A stretch of DNA of 64,000 nucleotides, taken from contig JADIIX010000023.1 of NCBI GenBank assembly GCA_027604505.1, positions 62,001-126,000 of the forward strand. The letters run 5' to 3'. Source of the DNA: Gonapodya sp. JEL0774. Its lineage: Eukaryota. This document shows positions 30,010 to 39,602 of this stretch, piece by piece. A program made the position numbers and the translations under genes. Position 1 is the stretch's first letter; each line of letters starts with the position of its first letter. The notes beneath the pieces were generated by a model, which had not been told where the DNA came from, searched no databases, and saw only the letters and a program-made list of their open reading frames with translations.

Positions 30010-30887
30010 TCAGTGTCGCGACCCTCCAATCTGCTCCACGGCTGTCTCAATAATGTCGTTGTCTTCCATGTTGAGTTCATGTGGAGTGGCTTCTTTTTGA
30101 ATCTACACAATGAGCAGGTATACAGGGGTCAACACAAACACGGATATCAATATTAATGCGACTCAAACACCTACTCGCTCTCCGTCATAAAGGAACCGTA
30201 CGGAATTAGGATCCTAACAAAAGATGCAAGGTAAGTGCTAACTCGTCCAGCTGGACCAGTTCGAAAGCATAAGGGACGAACCATCCCCGTCTTCTGAACA
30301 TATGCGTCCATTAACTTGCGGAGAGGGGTGGTGGTCTTGATTTTGAACGCTGGATCGTTTGTTCAACATCAGCGCCCAGTCGGTCAGTCTCGAGTACGGC
30401 AGATAAAATGCACTCACCAATTTCGTTGCCATCTTGGCTCTTAACCTTTCACAACAAAATTTGGGTGTGCATGCATGTCGTATGTAGTGAGGATCAGCAG
30501 CGTTTGATCCGGGACGAGCGCATCAATTGTTGGCATCGAGGTGACTTTCAGCGAAGCACACTCACTTTGATGTTTACTAGAATATTCAATCACGAAAAGA
30601 ACAATGATCGATCTCAAACAGTTGGTGAGGAAGGTGCTATGCCACTAAACGTAACCCACTTTGCTTCACCTCCTGCAGACAAAACACAAGTGACGACATC
30701 GCAAAGAGAATCCGCGAGAGATAGAACCAGATACCATATAAAGCGAAGAGATATCAGTGGTGAGACCATAGCACCAAATCAGCAGGGGATCGAGAGAGTC
30801 GTCCCCACGAAAAAGTCAGAGAATCCGCGTGAGAGTTTCAGTCACAACAAAGAGACGACTTACCCTGTTTTGCGAATCATCGGCCAT
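30010..30887 (-). CDS. SMT3: SUMO (Smt3), 7 exons: 30887-30864, 30672-30660, 30576-30566, 30445-30418, 30349-30282, 30213-30175, 30102-30010
   Basis: Manual splicing at GT-AG sites gives [91 protein letters not shown], with the SUMO signatures FKIK..TPL.KLM.AY, RFLYDG.RI and EQIGG. Confidence 0.95.
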
Positions 30888-31056
30888 TAGAGTTGGTTTG
30901 AAGGTGTTGGGGAAGGAAAGAGATACGAATGTTGCTTTGTGCGAGTTGACAATTCAGCACTTTGCATCTCGCAAAGCACAGACCAACTACATGAACTCAA
31001 GGCAGTCAAAGAGGACAGAACAGTTGGTGTTAACTTAAAAGCAGTTATTTACAGGT

Positions 31057-33618
31057 CTAAATTTTTCCCGTGCCTCCTGTTTCAACCCTGCTCTCGCAAT
31101 CTTCGCTCTCGTCAACCCACCCTTCTAATACATCGAGAGCGCTTTTGACGTCACCACCTGTTCGCACAAGCTTAGTCTCTTCAACAAGAGCTTCCGCAAC
31201 ACGCTCCACCATTCTGGCTTCTTTCCCCATCCTCTCCGCCAAGTCTTTAAGTTCCATCGCAAGACTCTCTTTTCCGGCTTCTTCCGCATGACCATGTCTG
31301 ACGAGAGATGCTAGAAGCATTGGAACGACAGATGCGTGCTCCCGGTGTGTTGCGGTACGAAGGATCGAGCCGGCAACGCCCTGTCTCGCGCTAGAGCGCC
31401 GCAAAGCAGGAATTTGAACCGGGGTGGTCCGAAGTACTTCTATCGCCATATCCGGATGTTGCTCAAGCGCGTTGAGTACTGCTTCCAGGATGCGCGGTGT
31501 CACTTGCCCAAATACAGTCCGTTCAGAAAATGTTCGTGGTATCCGAAGCCAATCCCTACGTCGCTCAATCAATGCTTCCCAAACCTCGGTGACGGCCGCC
31601 ACGTTTCCCGCTCGACCAAGTGCACCAATCAAAGACACTGTGGTGTCTTCGGTGATAAGACCAGCAGGACTCATGTCGAGAGCGATACCAAAAATTTCTC
31701 CCGTAGAAAGACTGACCCCAGCTCCACATTTCAATATCGCCAAACCTGCTTTTCGTGATAAGGGCATTGAGGCGCCTGCTCTTATATCCCAAGCTCGTCG
31801 GACGGTGATTGCTGCTCTCGCAGCACCTTTGCCTGCGAGGGCCTCAACAAGTGCGTCCCTAACTGCCGGGCCCCAGCGATACTCGGCATCGAACAGAATT
31901 TCCCGATCAATCCACCCAGCAAACTTCACTAACTCTTCCCGTGCATGGCCAGTGTCCTTACAAACTCTCGCAATTTGCTTGACAGCAGCTATCCCCAACG
32001 GGTCAGACCCTACACATCCCCAACCCCGCGCTGTTCGGAGAGAAGTGCGGACATCCAACGGCGTGGGGGAGGCGGATACCAATATAATAGCAGTAGTGGC
32101 GTTTGGTTTCACGTGGCCTTTCGAACCATATGAAAGAATTTCACCAAATACTTTTGTGGAGAAAGAGTGAGAAGAGGCGACCAGCGATGAAAGTAGAACA
32201 TTAAGAGTTGCCAAAGGAAGTTTGGTTTCTGGTGTAAGGGTGGATTTTGCTAGATCGATATTCGTTCCGAACTCAAGTACCTCCTCATGTAACGTGATCG
32301 CGGCGGAAAGCGATGGATGATGTGGGTCTCTGAAACCCGTGCGGCGATGATGTTCGCAAAGAACTCTGATTGTTGAGGCCCACGGTTTAATAGAAACCTT
32401 GACATCGGCTGGGAGATGATTTCGGAGATCATGGAGAACTGCAAATGAAATTTTCAATTGAGTCGTCAATTGCAAAAATACCGCAGCGGTTGGAAGCGCA
32501 CCCTCAATCGACTCCGTAGGCATTCCGTTTCTCGCGTACACCCATGCCATCGCTTCATACACCCGTTGTTCAACGCGACCAAACCTGTTGGCATCCGCAC
32601 ACCACTCGCCGAAAACCATATCAGCCCATTCGCATCCGGAGGGTGACAATTTCCCAATGTCTGTAATTAGCCGTCGCGCCAGCGCAGCAGCAAGAGATTT
32701 GTCCCCGAGATTGGGACTCGCAAGAAGCCCACGAATCGGGGCGTATGCAAACGTTAGGCTGGGGAGGATGTCGTCCACATGAAGGAAGGGAAGCTGGCGG
32801 GTAATTTGAGCGATGGTATCGAAGTGCTGTCAAAGAGAGGAACAAGAACGATTGCCGTTAGCCGAAGTAGCGAAACAGCATGAGGCAAATTTGCCATGCC
32901 GAATCAAAAATACCCTTCACAAGTCATCATATTTAGATTGTTCCACAAAGAAACGCACCTGCAAATGTCTTCCACTGTTGTGTGCTTCTTGCTGACGAAA
33001 TTGGCTGTGTATGCTTCTCCATTCGCGAAGCCGATTCCTCAATTCCTTGACTGCGGATTTTGCACTTGGAAGTATCTCTGGTCTCTTGAATGTCACTCCT
33101 TGTGAATTCATGCCCATATCAGAATCCTCGTCCACACGCGTGTCGCTCCGCGGCGTAAAGGAGTCAGGCATGATTTCCGAAACAGTGTTGGCCACCGGCG
33201 TCTTCTTCCACATTGGAAACCGCCGATCATGATCCGGTAGATACAGATTGTGTCGATAGAAAACAGATTGGTGTGTAGTGGAGGAGAGGCTCAATGACCG
33301 GGTGTAGTTCAGAGGAACAGAACGAACGACACCTTGAGAGTCTGAGGAATCGCCCCCACCCTGTTGATTCACAACAGAATTGGGTTCCCTTCCCTCCAAG
33401 ACATTTTTGCGCAGGAACTGTTTCTCCTGTTGAAGTGACAACGGCTCTGAGGGGAGTACAGGTCTTTTTGTCTTCTTTGTCTTCGCAAACCACCTGTCCT
33501 CGTCGATTCCTCGTCTGGCCTCCGGGCCGTGGTCATTGATCCCAATTTGGCGAGAGAGGCGCAGTTTCCGGAAGAAAGAGTCCTTGGTCGATTGTTTGAA
33601 AGCAATGGTTGATTTCAT
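31057..33618 (-). CDS. Helical-repeat (PPR-like) protein, probably mitochondrial; 2 exons
   Basis: Long ORFs 33618-32917 and 32778-31057 joined by an intron; basic N-terminus; degenerate PPR-like segments (TLNVLLSSLV, VKPNATTAIILV, TTVSLIGALGRAGNVAAVTEVW). Confidence 0.6.
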
Positions 33619-33859
33619 GTGCTTGTATCCTCGATTGAAAACTTATACTGCCACAGGAATAACAAATGCCTCACAGACCGCCGACAAACTTCCTGACTAT
33701 GCATTATTACAGTCCGCGTGAGTACAAATTGCAGATAACGTGGGGGGAGAGTATGCTCTAATCTGGAGTCAGGAAACTGTTCATGCAGTGCACTGATCTC
33801 TTGCAAACGCAAGTATGTCAAAACCAATGCGCCTGCGGTTTCTTGCTGAGAGGAGTCTT

Positions 33860-36800
33860 CTAGGCGGTCTGCTTCGAGGGCGGTTTCCACTCGCACGCAG
33901 CTGCATTTCATACGAATCTATTACGACATCGTCAACCCCGCTCGAAGTTACCATTAAACTCACCACTGTCACAGAATTTCTCAGACTCTGGGTCCTCCGC
34001 CGCTATTCCGTCACCCTTGAGCATTACCTGAAGCATTCCCGGGTCGACTTTTGCCAGCATTTCCTTGTACCGTGTCTCGTCGATCGCTTCGAACGGCATC
34101 TGCGGATACGCGCCGTAAGAAATGCGGGGCAAGAACGAGATGCCCTTGAGCTGGTATTGGTAGTAATCCAGGGCGAATTTGAGTTGCTGGCCTTCCCGCT
34201 CCGGATCAAACGTGATCGTGGATGACACTTGGTTGTCCGCCCAGTACCGGTGGAGGAACGCGGCAAGGGCAAGTTGTTCCCACATTGAGATCTCGTGCAG
34301 GGCACGGATACCAGGACCAAAGTCTTTCGGGAGTCAATAAGTGCGAGAGTGCAACTGTAGCGTTCAGTGAGGGACGGAGAACAACAATTCAACATCCCAT
34401 CTCACCGATCGGGAACTCCACGACGACACTGGCCTCTTCGTTTCCAACACAGGACTCGACCGTGTACCCAGCCTTTCTGAGGGGCTCCACGAGTTCTGAG
34501 AGCTTGGACATGCGGATTCGACGAATACAGAAGCGGCTGACGTGAGGGTCGAAAAGCGTTGACGGAGAACGGGCAATATTGACGTGCACTATTAACGTCG
34601 CCGTGCGGGATTAATACACCAACTTGTGACAACACACCTCTCAGGATAATGCATCCCCGGGGTCGCGCCAGCAAGCAGCGACACCGTGCCACTTGGCTTT
34701 ATACTCGTCGTCTTGACTGACTTCGGAATCGCCAGCCAATCCGACACCTTGGTGTCAATTTCGTTCACCTTGTGATACCCGCTCTCGCACCACTGCCTCA
34801 ACGCCTCGATACCCTTTCCCGAGACGAACTGAGCCACCCCGGACATGGAGCACCCGATCCGGCGATTGCGGAGTAGGACGCGGTTGGTTTCTGGCCAATG
34901 GGTGGAGCCTAAGGTTACGGTTTTCGCGTAGAGATAAGCGTATTTGATGGTGTCAAGGAACTCGTCCAAGTCGGCGTGGTTGTTGGGAAAGGTTTCCACG
35001 AGACAGCAGAGCTCGTAGGATTCTAGAGTTTGCTCGACTGATGGAGAAAGTGTGGGGTTGATGGTAAGAAGGGGTTCTCACGTATATGGTGGGGTTGTTC
35101 TTCCCCAAATACTGACGACATGGGTTCCCACCGCACGCCCTCGCATCCTTGTAATCCGGCGCATCCCCCATCCTCCCATACTTGCGCTAAACGACCAAAA
35201 AGCAAAAGTGCATCATCAGCGATCGTCGACCACCCACTCCCCGCCACTTCCGCCATGGCAAGCACAACCCACCGCATTCTCGAGCCAAAAGAAACCGGGT
35301 TCCCCATTTCCCCTCACCCTCTCACACGCCTCTCCGTAATCCATTCCCGGTTCGCAAAAAATAGAATTGTTCGAGGTCCACCCGTAGTCCATCCTGTGCG
35401 GGTTCACCTCGTAATTCTTGAGGTCCATGTACTCGGCCGAATCCGCGGGCCCAAACGAAATCTCGGCGGTGCGGCGGACCTGGGGGTTAGGTGGGGTGGA
35501 GGATGTCAGGGGGAAGAGGAAGCAGGGTGTGGTCGGTGGGTTAGAGGCTGCGGTATGTCCTTCCGCACAATTGTCGTCTTGTCCATCCATGCAGCCCCCA
35601 GCTGCCCATTTCCATCTCGACTCACATTCCCAGACACCACACACTTTCCAATCATGTTCATGATATCCACGATGGTAGTCAACGTCATGGTCTTGCCCAC
35701 ATTCTTGCTCAAAATGTCCCTGATAGACTCATGCAAGGTAATCAGGGGCGCCGGACCAGACGCGATGCCACCAAAACCCTTGATCACTTCCCCTTCCTTC
35801 CTGATATCATCGTACACGAACTCGACGACGGGCCTGCCCGGCACGAGGAACGAGTCGATGAGGAGCGTCGTGGCGTCGACCCAGCCTTCCCGGGTGTCGG
35901 GGATGCGGAAGACGGTTCGGGGGAGGGTTGTGTCCGGGGAGGAGATGATGGAGGAGAAGGTAGTCGGTGTGTCCGGGACGGACACGGCCCCCTTGCAGTC
36001 AAAGCCGACGCCGACGCTGGTAGGTGGATTGCAGAGAAAAGGTGGAATCGGCAGGTGATTGAGTGGGCCGTGGCCCGGCCAGGTCGAAAAACACCTTCGA
36101 AGTACGTGATAGGCGCGCGACACCACACCACACAATTCAACCAGCCAACCAACCCCCCCACCACCAAAACACCCTATCCTCATCAGACCCACCCCCACAA
36201 TCTCCAACTCACCCCAGCATACTTGCATCCATCAAAAACCCAAACGGCTTGCTCGGCGTGCCCCCCCTTCCCTTCTCCCACATGTGCTCGGTCGACACGA
36301 ATGCGCAGTTGTTGAGCGCGGCGTAGAGGCCTCGCTCTTCTGTAAGGGGACTGCCCATGGCCCAGAGACCTTCAGATGGAGCGGCGTGGTGTGTGAGAGG
36401 TACTCCATCCGCACAGACAAGAGACGCGGAAACAACAAGCGACTCACCCCGCCCAGGTGGTAAGAACTTGAACGCAAAAATCTTGGCGTACATCTTTTGC
36501 GCGCTGCGTTGAGCTCGGTCAGCGTCCCATCCGAGACCGCGCTCTTCGATCCACCGTTTTTGCATGTTGTAGGTTCTGTGTGGTGGTCGGAAGTAGGGTG
36601 TACGATCGGTGGGGACGAAACGTAAACGGTGGAGGTGGGGTGGGGTAGGGGCACAGGTGAAAACAGTCTGTCAGGGTGAGGTGCGAGGATTGGCAGCAAA
36701 CCGATGGACGTGAAAACCACGTACCCGTTGACGACCCGCGCGACAGTTTCGTGCCTATACAACAAACACAGACAGAGCAAATGAGGCGAGGAAAGAAACA

Positions 36801-37656
36801 AGGAGAGAGAAAGAGGGACAGAGGGAAAGGAACAAAAGATGAAAGAAGATGTGTTGTCCACTTCCTTCACACCCCCATTATCAGCCTCACGCCCCCCCCC
36901 TCCCCCCCCCGCCCCCCTTCTCCCAACAAAAACCCACCACGCCTCGTTCTTCCCATTCCCTTTCACCCTCGAATACGTTCTCCTATACACCACCTCCCCC
37001 AGCCCGTCGAACCCAAACGGCGCGGGCATTGCCGCGTGTGCCATGACAAAAGACTCGTCCAGAAGGAAATCCTCCGCCTCAACATCATATGCAGCGAGCC
37101 CGCCCAGGGGGGCTTTCACCTTGCGGGGTTTGGTGGCCGGCACGGCGGGCGAGGGAGCCTGGTGGGGTGCGGAGGCGCGAACACGGACGGGCCCGGCGAG
37201 CTTGGTGGCCCGTTCGAGCTCTTCGACGTCCGAGTCGTCGTCGAGGATTTCTCGGGGTTGGGAGTCGATGGCGCTGGTTTTGTAGGGGAGGGTGGAGGTG
37301 GAGAGGGGGGTGCCGGTGGTGGACATGAGGCGCGCGAGTTGGGACATGTGGGAGGCGGGGGCGGTGGCCCAGCGTTTTTTTGTGTATGTGGGCGGGGAGA
37401 GGGGGAGTGGTGGGGTGGGTGTGGGGGAAGGGGGGGTCCCGGTGGTGTAGGGCAGGGGTTTGGAGGCGGAAGTGGACGAGGGAGAGGGGATGGGTTTGGT
37501 ACTTGTGTGTTTTGTGCGGGAAGCCCAGTGTGATGTGCCAGAGGTGTTCAGGGGCAATATGTTGCGCGGGGTCAAGGTGAGGACGGGACGTTTCTCGCGG
37601 GGTGGGGAGGAGGGGGAGGGTGGCTGGGACACTTCAGTAGGTGTGGTGGTGAGCAT
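33860..37656 (-). CDS. nrdJ: Class II adenosylcobalamin-dependent ribonucleoside-triphosphate reductase (monomeric NrdJ/RTPR type), 11 coding exons
   Basis: Spliced motifs GLGEVVYRRTYSR, W|HETVARVVNG|TY, FKFLPPGRG|LWAMG, ALNNCAFVS, IPDTREGWV, IKGFGGIASGP, CVVSGN|VRRTAEI, GEPG, GGNPC|LEQTLESYELCCLVETFP, TSIKPSGTVSLLAG, YWADNQVSST, YPQMPFEAI and C-terminal FCDS|AAC. Confidence 0.95.
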
Positions 37657-38336
37657 GGTGCAACTGTGAGGCGAGGTGGGGATGGAAAAGGGGGAAAGGG
37701 GGAATAAAGCGGTGGAGGGTGAGGTCGGTTGGTGGAGCATCAAAGAAGTAAAGAAAAGAAAATGTTAGAATAAGTTGGAAATTTTGGTGATTTTGCGAAG
37801 ACGGGGGGGTTCAACCCTCGACACAGTGTCAACCCGTGCCACGGGTCTCCAAAATGGCGGAAAACGGAGGGGGAATCGAGTGTACATCCCCGCGATAGAT
37901 AAGGCTTCGGAGAGTGTGGAGAAAACGATGGAGAATATTGCAAAGGGTGCGCAGTGTCACGCACGTCCTCCAATATCACAGAATCGGTGGAAAGAACCAA
38001 TCCAATCCACCTCATACGAGATCACAATCCCCGTGAACGATTCCAATCTGGTTGCGGAAGCTAGGAGGGAATCCGGGGGTGTGGCTTGCGATGACCGATC
38101 TGGGCGACCACCTTCCCGGTCCTTCAGGCTGGTCGCGTGCAGGGCAATCGGAGGGACTCGGGCGAGCCAGACCGCAAGCGATGGTCGGCCAGGACGGGGA
38201 TGGTAGGGAGCCCAGGAAAATCGCGAGATTCCGGGATTTTCCGCAAGGAGAGGGAGGCCAGACCCCTCGGACTTCCTTTGCCGTCGTTTGGGAGCGTGGA
38301 ATCCTTCCGGCCAAAGGAAGACCCGTCGCTGCTCAC

Positions 38337-38411
38337 CTTGTTGGAGAACACAACTTGGAAGATTGGAATGATTGGGAATGAGTCAGGCGAGGTTTATGTA
38401 TCACATGGTGC
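38337..38411 (-). promoter_or_regulatory. Putative 75-nt 5'UTR exon of the class II RNR carrying a start-stop uORF (ATG TGA, 38406-38401)
   Basis: Minus strand: GCTGAC branch-like motif and pyrimidine tract, then CAG|GCACCATGTGA...AACAAG|GTGAGC; upstream donor AG|GTGAGT at 38585. Confidence 0.45.
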
Positions 38412-39602
38412 CTGGGCCAGGCGAAGACGTGGAGGAGTGGGGGAAGCACGTCAGCGAAAACAAGGGAAATGCAATCGGAGAGAAAATGGAAAACACGAGT
38501 GAGACAAAATTAATTGAAAGGAAAAGAGATGGGAATAGGGTTGGTCGGGGAGCGTGGGTTTGTGAGTGCAAGGAAAACGACTCACCTATGTACAGAAGCG
38601 AGAGAGGAAAGGGGATGTCTAGGAATAAGTAGGGGAAGGAGAGAGTGAGCAGGAAGCGAAAAATGTTTGTAACGAATCTGGGAATTGGGGGGAATTGGGG
38701 GGAATTAGGGGATATATTGATGAAGCGGATGATGAAGAGAGCAGAGAGAATGGGAATGGGGATTGAAAAGGAAGCTCACGTTGAGGGAAGAAGAGAAATG
38801 AAGGGGAGAGAGAGAAGAAGAACAGGCGAATAGAGAGTGGGAGTGTGTTCTGGGCATTGACACTGGATGCGAATCGGACTTTGGTGAATCAGAAAGTGGA
38901 GCAGAGAATATGATGCAGCGATGACGTAATGGTGATGGAGATAGAGTGAGAATGGGGATTGATGAGTGAGTGGCGGAAGAGTCTTCGCATTTGGTTTGCT
39001 TGGGGGATATCGGCGACGTGGCACAAGTGGGGCCGGGAGGGGCAGAGGAGAGCCCTGCCCACACCATAACGCATATTGTTGTGCGGAGATGCATGTCTGA
39101 ATTACGCTTAATACAGAACTTCAATTCAGTAGCCCGAGCTTACCCAACGGTATGGTATGGTTATTTGCAGTTGCTATTATTGGGACGAACCCCGAACAGA
39201 CGTTCATCAACGAAGATTTGACGCCTTCAGTACACCAAAAATAAAAGCACCGTGAGACGCATGATTCTCATAGTTTGAGACTTGGTGCGCGTGGTTGAAG
39301 TTTCCTTCAGCGTGTGGAAATGTGGTCCTTGCTGCTTGGTGACGGAATCATTCGGACGGCATTTAGTATATGGTGCGGAATGCCATTTCATTCAAAGTCA
39401 CGAGTGAACGAGCACCGATTGCGCCATTTTGAACAGCATTGGAAAGGCAACGTGGAGCTCGTTTGGAAACGGTGAAGGAAGAGTTTGTTCGGGAGACGGA
39501 TAACAATTGATGGGGTTGCATGTGGGGATCCCACACCCACCCACTCCCACTCACCCATACCTTGTTGCGCACAACACCCAGTTCCCATTCAAATCCCCAC
39601 AA

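Noticed and set aside
37657..37743. RNR start at 37740/37743 as in the ORF track
   Set aside because: This stretch is a pyrimidine tract ending in CAG just before GCACCATG at 37656, so it is more likely intron.
37947..37964. IRE-like CAGTGT loop
   Set aside because: Antisense to the RNR transcript, and the stem geometry does not fit an iron-responsive element.
38040..38300. Canonical cobalamin riboswitch
   Set aside because: Only fragments match. AGGGAATCCGG is on the antisense strand, and neither a full B12 box nor the P4-P5 pattern is present. Kept only as a weak candidate.
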